From NCBI GenBank assembly GCA_965208325.1, contig OZ242326.1, positions 4,256,001 to 4,320,000 of the forward strand: DNA of 64,000 nt, given 5' to 3'. How positions within the stretch are numbered: position 1 is the stretch's first letter; each line of letters begins with the position of its first letter. The notes beneath the pieces were generated by a model that searched no databases, was not told where the DNA came from, and saw nothing but the letters and a program-made list of their open reading frames with translations. Both the position numbers and the translations under genes were made by a program. This DNA comes from Candidatus Poribacteria bacterium (GTDB lineage Bacteria > Poribacteria > WGA-4E > PCPOR2b). Positions 29,348 to 39,084 of the stretch are shown in pieces.

Positions 29348-31615
29348 ATGCGTTTGATCGGTGTCATCGTAATCACCGTGTTGGTTGCGATAGTGGTTGG
29401 AATCTTGGCTAACGAGCAGCTGGCGGATGCTGTACAAGGGTTGATTCGCTGGCTGATGATTACGGGCGTCATAGTCCTTGCGATCCTCGTTGCCTTTATT
29501 GGTTCTGTCATTCGTTACAGAAAGCCGAAATCTGATATTGCACTGGTTCGGACTGGCGGCCGCCGCGAGAAGATAACCATTACCGGCGGTATGTGGATCA
29601 ACACGATTATCCACGAAGTCAAGGAAATCTCACTGAATACGATGCGCATTGAAGTTGTTCGGGAAGCGCAAGAAGCGTTGATTACCGTCGACTTAAACCG
29701 GGCGGATACCGAAGCCGTGTTCTATCTCAAAGTTGAACCGATTACGGATGAAATTTTGAGAGCGGCTCAAGCGCTCGGAGATAAATCGATGACGCCGGAG
29801 ACCGTGCGTGAACTCATTGAACCAAAACTCGAAGGCGCATTAAGAAGCGTGGCTGCCGAGACCGAAATCCAAGATTTGTTGCAGAAACGACAGGAGTTCG
29901 CGGACAACGTCCAAAGAGCAGTTGGCTTAGATTTAAAAAATCAAAACGGACTTACACTTGAAACCGTCTCAATTATCCGTATCGACCAAACCCCAGTCGC
30001 AACGCTGGATACGGAGAACCGATTTGATGCGGTCGGTATTCGTACAATTACCGAAATTACGGCGGACCAGGCGCGGGAAAAGGAACGGATTGTTCAGGAA
30101 AAAGAGGTTGCGATTGTCCGCATTGATGTTGATGCGCGCATCCAAAAACTCGAAGCGGAGCAAGCACAGGCATTGGCGGAATCCGATCAACAGCGGAACA
30201 TCGCCATCTATGCGGCGGAAAGAGAAGCCGATACCCTAAAATTCCAATTCGAAATGGAACAGGGTGTGCAAGAGCGCGAGTACGTAATGAAGCAGGAGGT
30301 GGAGAGGGCGCGGATTGTTCAGGAGCAGGTGGTTCAAGAGCGGGAAATCGAGATGAACAGGGAAGTAGAACTTGCCCGCGTTGAACAGGAGCAGGCGGTC
30401 GCAGAGCGAGAAATCCAGATGAACCTCGTGGTTGAAACGAAGCAGATTGAGCAGTCCAAGGCAGTGGAACTGGCTGAGATTGAGCGGGTTTTGACTGTCG
30501 AAACGCGGCGGATTGAACAGGAAGAAACCGTAGCTATCCGAGAGTTTGAGAAGACACTAGCAATCGAGAAGGCGCGCATCGCCCAAGAAGAGGGCGTTGA
30601 GTTGAGAGACATTGAGCGGACGTTGGCGGTAGAGACCTCTAGGATTGCACAAGAGCAGCAGGTACAACTGCGTGATATTGAGAAAAACCTTGTTATTGAA
30701 ACCGGACAGATAAGCCAGTCCCGACAGGTCGAACTCGCCGAGATTGACAAGATGCAGGTCGTGGAAGTGCGCGAAATGGAGAAGACCCTCTTCGTCGAGA
30801 GGGCACGCATCGCTCAAGAGGAAGGCGTTGAGTTGAGAGATATTGAGCGGCTGTTAGCCGTGGAGACCTCCCGCTTCGCGCAAGAGCAACAAGTGCAGCA
30901 GCGTGAAATTGAGAAGAACTTGGTAGTTGAAACCGCACAGATTGGGCAGATGCGCCAAGTCGAGCTTGCAGAGATTCAAAAAATCTTGACGGTTGAGCAG
31001 GCGCGAATTAGTCAGGAACTGACAGTCGCGTTGAGGGACGAGGATCGGAAAATCGAGGTCGCCCACAAACAGCAGGTCACGGCATTGGCGGAACGCGACA
31101 AGTTGTTGGCGCAAGCAGAGGAAGTGGGCGCACAAGTTACGGTTACAGCGACCCAGGAGGTTGGAGAGGCTGAATGGCAGCGTGATGTTGCCGTGATCGG
31201 TGCAGAGGCGCAGGCGCAGCCGATTGAACGCCTTGCTGATGCGGTGCTCGCCGAAGCAAGAGCGAAGGCGCAGGGTGAAATGGCGCATTTACAGGCGCGA
31301 AATGTTGCCGAGCAACGTGTCCTAGTTCAGGAAGCGATTCTGGATCTCATTGATACATCGCCTGAACTTGTTGAGAGACTCATGAAGCCGGTCGAGCAGA
31401 TTGACAGCATTAAAATCCTCGACATGGGCGGCGACAATCAGGGCGGCGTCAACCGCAGCAACATGGGTCGCCTTGCAAACACGCTGCTTGACACCGGCGC
31501 AATTTCACCCATGTTGAAGGAATTGTTCAATTTTGCCGATGTCGACGCCCAGCAAGTCGCTGATAAAATCGCTCAATATCTTGCCGATTTGGTGAACCGC
31601 CCTAGGGAATCCTAG
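29348..31615 (+). CDS. SPFH/flotillin family protein (YqiK-like) with an expanded coiled-coil repeat region
   Basis: Two N-terminal TMs, ALVRTG, LEGALRSVAA, C-terminal KPVEQIDSIKI flotillin motif. Confidence 0.92.
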   Translation: MRLIGVIVITVLVAIVVGILANEQLADAVQGLIRWLMITGVIVLAILVAFIGSVIRYRKPKSDIALVRTGGRREKITITGGMWINTIIHEVKEISLNTMRIEVVREAQEALITVDLNRADTEAVFYLKVEPITDEILRAAQALGDKSMTPETVRELIEPKLEGALRSVAAETEIQDLLQKRQEFADNVQRAVGLDLKNQNGLTLETVSIIRIDQTPVATLDTENRFDAVGIRTITEITADQAREKERIVQEKEVAIVRIDVDARIQKLEAEQAQALAESDQQRNIAIYAAEREADTLKFQFEMEQGVQEREYVMKQEVERARIVQEQVVQEREIEMNREVELARVEQEQAVAEREIQMNLVVETKQIEQSKAVELAEIERVLTVETRRIEQEETVAIREFEKTLAIEKARIAQEEGVELRDIERTLAVETSRIAQEQQVQLRDIEKNLVIETGQISQSRQVELAEIDKMQVVEVREMEKTLFVERARIAQEEGVELRDIERLLAVETSRFAQEQQVQQREIEKNLVVETAQIGQMRQVELAEIQKILTVEQARISQELTVALRDEDRKIEVAHKQQVTALAERDKLLAQAEEVGAQVTVTATQEVGEAEWQRDVAVIGAEAQAQPIERLADAVLAEARAKAQGEMAHLQARNVAEQRVLVQEAILDLIDTSPELVERLMKPVEQIDSIKILDMGGDNQGGVNRSNMGRLANTLLDTGAISPMLKELFNFADVDAQQVADKIAQYLADLVNRPRES

Positions 31616-31749
31616 CGGGACATTGCGCCGCCAGTAAGTGCGTTTTCCGCCCAATAATCTAACTCTAGGCAGCGGCTGTAGATTAGTTTCTCGCAGATGG
31701 CATTTCAAGTTGCGGTCCGAGTCCAAACTTTGGAAGATGAGGTGCTTGG

Positions 31750-33051
31750 ATGGCGCGGTTTAATCCATTTGGACTACCATGGAGACGACTCAAAAAGAAT
31801 CGCTGCCGTACTTGCCGAACGGATAATGGCAAGCGTGTGTGTCCGGCGTTGAGCGGCGTATTGATTTGTCCGGCGTGCTGTCAAGCGAAACGGGCAAAAA
31901 TCCCGGGCTGCGATGAACGTTGCCGTTATTATATGCCTCTGATTCGAACGAGCAAAATACATCCCCCGCCCGAATATCCCATCTATAAATGCTTAATTAG
32001 TAGTTCAAAACGCACCGGTATGCAAAGCGTTATCGTTGCGCGGGAGCGGCCTGACGGTAATTTGAAGGCGATGTTTCTGCTGATCGATCTCTGGAAAAGG
32101 GGCATCCGCGACTGTTTTGTCGACGCCAATCTGCCCAAGGCACATCTCGACCGATTTTGCGAGAAATTGGGTAAATCTTACGATCTTGCCGATCACCTGC
32201 CGGAAAACGAGGTCAAAGCCGAGGGGAATTTAATTGAAATGCCTCACAACACCATTGTGGTCGAAGCAGAATCTGCTATGCAGATGGACGATGGAGTGAA
32301 TATTATTGAGGTGGATGGCGCGTCCGATGGAAAAGCAATTGACAGCGCAACCGGTGCGCGGGCGGTGCATGAAATTAACATACCGAAAGCGGGTAAGTGG
32401 TATGTATGGATTCGTGCATTCTTTCCGGAACGCAGCAAGGATTCGTATTGGATTGGGATGGACGACGCCGAGCCTCATCCGTGGGATAGCGCTGGGGGAC
32501 CTGGCGCAATTAAGATTTACGCCGAACAAGGCGATTCAGACAGTAAAACGGATTCAGCTTGGGGCGTATGGTACTGGGATTCCGGTGTGAAAAGCGAATC
32601 TTTCCCAAACGCCTTTTTTGATGTAAAGAAGCGCGGGAAACATATATTGTGGTCTAAGGGACGCGAACCCGGTTCTATATTGGATCAGATATTGTTGACG
32701 ATGGACGAAAAGTTTAACCCGGAAGCGGCGACCGACGGGGCAACTTTACCAGTGCCAGCCACCGTATATCCATTTGAGCCGATTCGGTTTGCCGAGTGCC
32801 AAGCGCTGATCCGCTACGCGTTGGACATGGCAACCGAAATCAAAACCGAAATTCCGTGGGAATTCGAATATTGGCGAAGCATTGTGGGCGACCTCTCTAA
32901 CGTGCCGGCGATGGAGGGATCGCTGTACAAATGTCCCAAATGCGGCGAGGATTTGCCTGAACCTGCCGTCGATTTGATGAAAGAACATGCGCAGTCGGAC
33001 GATATTCAATTTTATATTCTGTGCCGCAAATGCGGCGGCGAATTTGATTAA
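31750..33051 (+). CDS. Cys-rich putative Zn-binding protein with an internal CBM-like beta-sandwich domain
   Basis: N-terminal 8-Cys cluster, central VVEAES...GKWYVWIR...DSYW...GREPG..LDQILLT module, C-terminal CPKC...CRKC. Confidence 0.7.
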   Translation: MARFNPFGLPWRRLKKNRCRTCRTDNGKRVCPALSGVLICPACCQAKRAKIPGCDERCRYYMPLIRTSKIHPPPEYPIYKCLISSSKRTGMQSVIVARERPDGNLKAMFLLIDLWKRGIRDCFVDANLPKAHLDRFCEKLGKSYDLADHLPENEVKAEGNLIEMPHNTIVVEAESAMQMDDGVNIIEVDGASDGKAIDSATGARAVHEINIPKAGKWYVWIRAFFPERSKDSYWIGMDDAEPHPWDSAGGPGAIKIYAEQGDSDSKTDSAWGVWYWDSGVKSESFPNAFFDVKKRGKHILWSKGREPGSILDQILLTMDEKFNPEAATDGATLPVPATVYPFEPIRFAECQALIRYALDMATEIKTEIPWEFEYWRSIVGDLSNVPAMEGSLYKCPKCGEDLPEPAVDLMKEHAQSDDIQFYILCRKCGGEFD

Positions 33052-33234
33052 ATGACAATTTGGAATTACGCATTTGAAGTTTTCGGACTGTGTATTTTTT
33101 GTTGCAAAGGATTGGGTTCTGATATATAATTTATGGTAGCAATGTGGTAGCAAGTGCGAATTGAGGATGTAAATTTTTTTTGCTTACAGCTTGTGATATT
33201 TTTCACAAACTCCGGTTGAAAGGCGCGGAAATAC

Positions 33235-33630
33235 ATGGATCTCGATTTTGCGAATGTATTGATTTTCTTGGTTGTCGGGTGTGTATTTGTGCTTCTTAAC
33301 CTGACTGTTTCCCGCCTGCTTCAAACCCGGCTATTCACCGAAGAGAAATATATTCCATACGAATGCGGCGAAGATCCGGTAGGCGATACTCGAATCAAAT
33401 TTAACGCGCGGTTCTACATCATCGCTCTCATATTTCTGATTTTTGATGTTGAAATTGTGTTTCTATTTCCGTGGGGGGTTGTGTTTCGTGAAATCGGCGT
33501 CCTCGCATTTGTCGAAATGGTAATATTCATTGCCATTTTGTTGGTTGGGCTGGCTTACGTGTGGGTCAAGGGTGATCTAGAGTGGATACGGTCGATTCAG
33601 TCGGGAAGTAAGGAGAGTGAAGTACAATGA
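33235..33630 (+). CDS. nuoA: NADH-quinone oxidoreductase subunit A
   Basis: [19 protein letters not shown]. Confidence 0.96.
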   Translation: MDLDFANVLIFLVVGCVFVLLNLTVSRLLQTRLFTEEKYIPYECGEDPVGDTRIKFNARFYIIALIFLIFDVEIVFLFPWGVVFREIGVLAFVEMVIFIAILLVGLAYVWVKGDLEWIRSIQSGSKESEVQ

Positions 33631-34235
33631 TTATCGAAGAGAGACTCGACAAGAATGCAATTGTAACGTCAGTTGATGCAGTTGCGAATTGGGCGCGGGC
33701 ATCGTCACTCTGGCCCATGACGTTCGGGCTTGCCTGCTGTGCAATCGAGTTTATGGCGACCGCTGCTTCCAACTACGATTTGGACCGCTTTGGCGCCGGT
33801 GTGCCGCGCGCGACGCCGCGTCAATCCGATCTCATGATTGTTTCAGGCACGGTTACGTTAAAAATGGCGACACGCATCAAACGCCTCTATGAGCAGATGC
33901 CTGAACCGAAATATGTTATTTCTATGGGGAGTTGCGCCACGAGCGGCGGCCCGTATTGGCAGCACGGTTACCATGTCCTGAAGGGGGTAGACCGCATTAT
34001 ACCGGTTGACGTTTATGTGCCGGGCTGTCCGCCGCGGCCTGAAGCAGTGCTCGAAGGGTTGATGAAGCTGCAGGAAAAAATCAAAACGCAGACAGTTGCA
34101 AAACGCCGCAATATGCCTTTCTTGAGAAAACTCTTTACCAAGACAGAGTTGGCGAACAATGAGGCGGCGATGGAAGAAGCAAAAGCACATCTCGCTGAAC
34201 ACGAGGAATCCGAACGCGAAGAGGCTGCGGACTAA
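33627..34235 (+). CDS. nuoB: NADH-quinone oxidoreductase subunit B
   Basis: [21 protein letters not shown]. Confidence 0.97.
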   Translation: MIIEERLDKNAIVTSVDAVANWARASSLWPMTFGLACCAIEFMATAASNYDLDRFGAGVPRATPRQSDLMIVSGTVTLKMATRIKRLYEQMPEPKYVISMGSCATSGGPYWQHGYHVLKGVDRIIPVDVYVPGCPPRPEAVLEGLMKLQEKIKTQTVAKRRNMPFLRKLFTKTELANNEAAMEEAKAHLAEHEESEREEAAD

Positions 34236-34259
34236 AGTAATTAGGAGAGTTCCATTTCT

Positions 34260-34742
34260 GTGACGCCGCAAGAGATTTACACTCGGTTAAAAGGTGAATT
34301 TGGAGAATCGATTCTCTCATTTGAAGAAACTGTTGTCGATCCCTTTATAGTTGTTGTCCCCGAGTCGATAGCCGATGTCGGACGATACCTTGCGGAAGGT
34401 GAGGCGTTGGCTTTCGATTTTTTAATGTGCCTCAGCGGGGTTGATTTGAGCGTTAAAGCTGAAGACCTTGAGGTTGTGTATCACCTCTACTCAATGACCC
34501 ACCGCCACAACGTTGTCCTCAAAGTCTTCGTCCACAAAGAAAACCCCCACCTTCCCACCGTCGAAAACATCTGGAAGACCGCCAATTGGCATGAGCGCGA
34601 GACGTTCGATCTGTACGGCATCGTCTTTGACGGCCACAGCGAGCTAAAACGCATTCTGCTTCCGGACGATTGGGAGGGACACCCGCTGCGCAAAGACTAC
34701 AAAGAACCTGATTTCTATCGGAGTATGCGGGTGCCGTATTGA
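34260..34742 (+). CDS. nuoC: NADH-quinone oxidoreductase subunit C
   Basis: ANWHERETFDLYGI...GHPLRKDY. Confidence 0.96.
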   Translation: MTPQEIYTRLKGEFGESILSFEETVVDPFIVVVPESIADVGRYLAEGEALAFDFLMCLSGVDLSVKAEDLEVVYHLYSMTHRHNVVLKVFVHKENPHLPTVENIWKTANWHERETFDLYGIVFDGHSELKRILLPDDWEGHPLRKDYKEPDFYRSMRVPY

Positions 34743-34901
34743 TTGGTGGATTAGGTTGGGGGTAAGTGCGTTTGAAGGCAGTTTCTGCAGTACCTATTTC
34801 GGCGGATTTAAGGGCTTTTTGTGCAGAAATTAGCAAATCCACCCAAACCGTTGCATAAATGCTGCGCCGCGGAACACGGTTGAATAGCAGGGAATTTTAC
34901 T

Positions 34902-36080
34902 ATGGCAGCGCCAAAACCCGAAAGCAAATTCATTGAACTAAAGCCGTTTACGGATGAGATGGTCGTGAATATGGGACCGCAACATCCAAGCACGCACGGT
35001 GTGTTGCGGCTTGAACTGAAGCTAGACGGCGAGGTCGTCCGGGAGGCAATCCCGCATATCGGATATCTGCACCGCTGCTTTGAAAAACATTCCGAAAATC
35101 TGTCTTACCCCCAGATTATTCCGTTCACCGACCGGATGGACTATATCGCTGCGATGAACCAGAATTGGGGGTTTTGCCTAGCTGTTGAAAAGCTGATGGC
35201 GGCTGACGAAAAAAAGGGATTCGAGGTGCCCGAACGCGCCGAATATCTGCGGGTGCTCATCTGCGAACTGAATCGGATTGGGAGCCATCTCCTATCTTTT
35301 GGCACCTACGGCATGGACATCGGTGCGTTCACTCCGTTCCTCTACGCTTTTCGAGACCGCGAGAAGATCCTCCTGCTTTTTGAGAAAATCTGCGGTGCGC
35401 GCCTGACATACAATTATGTGCGTATCGGCGGCGTGTCGAGGGATATGCCGCCACAATTTCTTGACGAGGTCAAGGAATTTATCGACTACTTTGAGCCGAA
35501 AATTGACCAATACAACTCGCTACTAACGGATAACGAGATTTTTATGGAACGCACCACAGGCGTCGCCGTGATGGATAATGCGATGGCGATTAACTACGGC
35601 ATCACTGGCCCTAATCTTCGAGGCGCAGGGTCTCAATGGGACTTGCGCAAGGATGAACCGTACTCAATTTATGATCGGTTCGACTTTGACGTTGCGTACG
35701 GGAAAGAAATTCCGGAAATTGGGGCGGTCTTAGGTGATTGCTGGAATCGGTACAAGGTGCGAATGGACGAAATGAAAGAGTCCGTGCGTATAATCCGTCA
35801 AATTCTTGAGGGTGATATCCCTGATGGGCCAATTATGGCGGAGATGAAAGCGGTTCGCCCGCCAAAGGGCGAGATATTCTTCCGAAGCGAGGCGCCGCGC
35901 GGCGAGCTTGGGTTTTATATCGTGAGCGACGGTACGCCTAAACCGGTGCGAGTAAGAGCCAAATCGCCGTGTTTCACGGCTTTGAGTGCGTTGCAGGAAC
36001 TCAGTAGAGGATTAATGGTTGCCGATATTATCGCGATTATTGGCAGTATAGATATTGTGATGGGAGAAGTAGACCGCTAA
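34902..36080 (+). CDS. nuoD: NADH-quinone oxidoreductase subunit D
   Basis: NMGPQHPSTHGVLRL, GYLHR, C-terminal GEVDR; no NiFe CxxC motifs. Confidence 0.97.
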   Translation: MAAPKPESKFIELKPFTDEMVVNMGPQHPSTHGVLRLELKLDGEVVREAIPHIGYLHRCFEKHSENLSYPQIIPFTDRMDYIAAMNQNWGFCLAVEKLMAADEKKGFEVPERAEYLRVLICELNRIGSHLLSFGTYGMDIGAFTPFLYAFRDREKILLLFEKICGARLTYNYVRIGGVSRDMPPQFLDEVKEFIDYFEPKIDQYNSLLTDNEIFMERTTGVAVMDNAMAINYGITGPNLRGAGSQWDLRKDEPYSIYDRFDFDVAYGKEIPEIGAVLGDCWNRYKVRMDEMKESVRIIRQILEGDIPDGPIMAEMKAVRPPKGEIFFRSEAPRGELGFYIVSDGTPKPVRVRAKSPCFTALSALQELSRGLMVADIIAIIGSIDIVMGEVDR

Positions 36081-36153
36081 GCGTTGGAAACGCTGAATCT
36101 CTGCTTCAGATACCGTGATGGCAGCGTTATAATATTCGACATAGGAAATTCCG

Positions 36154-37404
36154 ATGTTACCTGTTTTTCAGCAGTTTGTTCAAAACCCATTCCCAGAATT
36201 CTTCGCCCAAGCGGGCAGTGAAAATCTGTCGCAGTTGGTTCTGGAATTTTTGCGGTCGCACGTCCCGTTTCTGGCGACACTTCCCGACCCTGTGTTGCAA
36301 TTGATTGCGATGCTCGCCGTATGTGTTATCTTCGTTGCGGTCGTGCCTTTGCTTCCGCTGTTCTTGGTCTTGGCGGAAAGGAAGGTGTCCGCCCATATCC
36401 AGGATCGCGTCGGACCGATGCGGGTGGGGCCCCACGGCGTACTTCAGACATTGGCAGACGGCGTTAAACTCATTTTCAAAGAGGACCATATTCCGCGGCA
36501 AGGCGACAAAATTCTCTTCATCGTTGCGCCGTATATCATCTTTGCATGCTCTTTTGCGGTGTTTGCGGCTATCCCGTTTGGCAAATCAATCTTGGTGAGT
36601 AACCTGAATATCGGCATCTTTTACATCATGGCAATCTCCTCTGTCGTTGTGATTGGCGTAATTATGGCGGGTTGGGCGTCGAATAGCAAATGGTCGTTGT
36701 TAGGTGCGTTGCGCTCCGCGGCGCAGATTGTCAGCTATGAAATCCCAATCGGCCTTTCAATTTTGGCGGTCGTGATGCTTGTGGAGAGCTTGAAAATGCA
36801 GGATATTGTGATGAATCAGGGCGGCTTGGGGATATTGAGTTGGATCGTCTTTCGTACCCCGTTCACCTTTATCGCTTTTTTTGTATTCTTTATTTCGGCG
36901 ATTGCGGAGGTAAACCGAACCCCCTTTGATTTGCCGGAGGCGGAGTCCGAACTGGTAGCAGGATTTCACACGGAATACAGTGGCATGCGATTCGCGTTGT
37001 TCTTCATTGCGGAATATGCGAATATGTTTGCCGTGAGCGCAATTGCAGCAACGTTATTTCTCGGCGGTTGGAAGGGCATAATCCCCGGCTACGAATTTCT
37101 GGGCGGCACACCCGGTTTTGTTATCAAGACGATGTTACTCGTCTTTGTCATGATGTGGATACGATGGACGCTGCCTCGGCTTCGCGTCGATCAACTCATG
37201 AACCTGTGTTGGAAATACCTTATCCCAATTTCATTCTTCAACATTCTCGGTATTGGGATTTGGGTGCTCATTTTTCAGAACGACAGAAATCCAGCCCATA
37301 TTGGCATTAGCTTGTTGATTATCATTCTAGGAATCATCGGTGCATATTTGGTGTTAGGAAGGCGTTCATCGCAAAGCCCCGCGCCCCGGGCGAGTTCTGC
37401 GTAG
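36154..37404 (+). CDS. nuoH: NADH-quinone oxidoreductase subunit H
   Basis: ERKVSAHIQDRVGP, RTPFDLPEAESELVAG, RWTLPRLRVDQ. Confidence 0.96.
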   Translation: MLPVFQQFVQNPFPEFFAQAGSENLSQLVLEFLRSHVPFLATLPDPVLQLIAMLAVCVIFVAVVPLLPLFLVLAERKVSAHIQDRVGPMRVGPHGVLQTLADGVKLIFKEDHIPRQGDKILFIVAPYIIFACSFAVFAAIPFGKSILVSNLNIGIFYIMAISSVVVIGVIMAGWASNSKWSLLGALRSAAQIVSYEIPIGLSILAVVMLVESLKMQDIVMNQGGLGILSWIVFRTPFTFIAFFVFFISAIAEVNRTPFDLPEAESELVAGFHTEYSGMRFALFFIAEYANMFAVSAIAATLFLGGWKGIIPGYEFLGGTPGFVIKTMLLVFVMMWIRWTLPRLRVDQLMNLCWKYLIPISFFNILGIGIWVLIFQNDRNPAHIGISLLIIILGIIGAYLVLGRRSSQSPAPRASSA

Positions 37405-37421
37405 GGCAAGGAGGATTAAAA

Positions 37422-38090
37422 ATGCGTCAATATTTCTCAAATATCTACCTCGGCGTTTACTCGGTTTTCATTGGTATGGCAATCACGTTTAGGCAGTTGT
37501 TTAAACCTTCTGTGACTCACCAATATCCGTACGAGCATTCGTTTGAGCAGAAGAAAAACGTGCGCGATATCCCCCAAGGCTATCGAGGGCAGCTGTTCAA
37601 TCGTATTGAGGACTGCATCGGCTGCAAAAAATGCGAGATGATTTGCCCGGTTGACTGTATCTACATCACCACCGAAAAATTGCCCAAGGGGGAAAGGCTT
37701 TGGGACAGCATGAACGTCGTCCACCTCAAGGATAGGACGGAAATCGTCGGAATGATTGAAGGCGACGAAAAGATTGAGGCGGACACGACAGTTTCGATTC
37801 AGACGCGGGAGCGCGGGGCTGTGGAAATTCCAAGTGAACAGGTCGCCCGTGTTGTCGAACGGAAGCCGGTAATTTTTTACCTGGACAAGTTCGACATTGA
37901 CATGTCGCTCTGTATGTATTGCGGTCTCTGCACCGAAGTCTGTCCGACAGAATGCCTGATAATGATCGATACACTTGAAGGCATAGAGTATTCAACGTTT
38001 GACCGGACAAACCTAATCTTCAAATTCGCCAAGCCGGAGATGTACGAAAAACCGCTTGATGAAGCTACTGATGCTGAGGCTGCCGATTAA
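37422..38090 (+). CDS. nuoI: NADH-quinone oxidoreductase subunit I with an internal insertion
   Basis: CIGCKKCEMICP and CMYCGLCTEVCP. Confidence 0.93.
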   Translation: MRQYFSNIYLGVYSVFIGMAITFRQLFKPSVTHQYPYEHSFEQKKNVRDIPQGYRGQLFNRIEDCIGCKKCEMICPVDCIYITTEKLPKGERLWDSMNVVHLKDRTEIVGMIEGDEKIEADTTVSIQTRERGAVEIPSEQVARVVERKPVIFYLDKFDIDMSLCMYCGLCTEVCPTECLIMIDTLEGIEYSTFDRTNLIFKFAKPEMYEKPLDEATDAEAAD

Positions 38091-38095
38091 AGTAT

Positions 38096-38608
38096 ATGGA
38101 ACTTAAACCGTTAGTATTTTATGTTTTTGCCCTGCTCACCATTGGATCTGCGGTTATCGTTGTGACGGTACGCAACATCGTTCATGCCGCTTTTTCACTG
38201 ATGGTAACGCTCTTTAGCATTGCAGGGCTTTATGTGTTTTTGCAGGCAGATTTTCTCGCGGCAACCCAAGTCATCGTCTATGTCGGCGGCATCCTTGTGC
38301 TTATTCTGTTTGGCGTGATGATGACCAGCGGCCGTTTGGACATGAAACTTAAGATGGAGCGCGGGCAGCTTTTCTGGGGTGGACTGGTTACCATATTAAT
38401 CTTTGCGCTGCTCTTGGGTGTTATTAGAAGAACCCCGTGGAACGTCCAAGAAGAACTGGGTACTGTGGAGGGAACGACCGCTCAGATAGGAAAGGCCATA
38501 TTGCAGAAAGAGTTCCTGCTCCCCTTCGAGGTTGCGTCCGTGATTCTGCTGATTGCGTTAATCGGAGCGGTGTTAATTTCACGCAAGGAAGTCCGCGAAG
38601 ATGAATGA
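38096..38608 (+). CDS. nuoJ: NADH-quinone oxidoreductase subunit J
   Basis: QVIVYVGGILVLILF, LPFEVAS. Confidence 0.95.
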   Translation: MELKPLVFYVFALLTIGSAVIVVTVRNIVHAAFSLMVTLFSIAGLYVFLQADFLAATQVIVYVGGILVLILFGVMMTSGRLDMKLKMERGQLFWGGLVTILIFALLLGVIRRTPWNVQEELGTVEGTTAQIGKAILQKEFLLPFEVASVILLIALIGAVLISRKEVREDE

Positions 38609-38912
38609 CCTCACACCATACCTTGTCATTAGTACAACCCTATTCTGCCTAGGCATTTTCGCCGTATTGACGCGGCGTAACGCTATTAGCATTTTAATGG
38701 GGATTGAGCTGATTCTCAACGCCTGTAATCTGAATTTTGCCGCTTTTTCTCGGTTTGTGACGCCCCCCGATGACATCAGCGGACAAATCATCTCCATTTT
38801 CGGAATTGTGTTGGCGGCTGCAGAAGCAGCGGTGTTTTTGGCGATTATCCTGGCAATATATAGAGAGTTTAGTACGATTAGCCCGGATGAAACTGATACG
38901 TTGAAAGGATAG
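38601..38912 (+). CDS. nuoK: NADH-quinone oxidoreductase subunit K
   Basis: RRNAISILMGIELILNA, AAAEAAV. Confidence 0.96.
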   Translation: MNDLTPYLVISTTLFCLGIFAVLTRRNAISILMGIELILNACNLNFAAFSRFVTPPDDISGQIISIFGIVLAAAEAAVFLAIILAIYREFSTISPDETDTLKG

Positions 38913-39084
38913 GTGTCTCCGCGTTTTATCGGGCGGCGCGTGTTGGATGTCTTAAAGCAGTGCTAGTGATGTTGCCGCAGGTGATGGTAAGGGGCGCTCG
39001 GCTCTGCGCGATCTAAGTTATTTTGCTACGAAATTCAGTCCGTTAACCTAAAGTTGCGGTATTTGACCATTCAGGAAGGGTGGC

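Noticed and set aside
33627..36080. Group 4 NiFe hydrogenase instead of complex I, given the nearby Ni chaperones
   Set aside because: NuoD lacks both CxxC Ni-binding motifs and ends in GEVDR.
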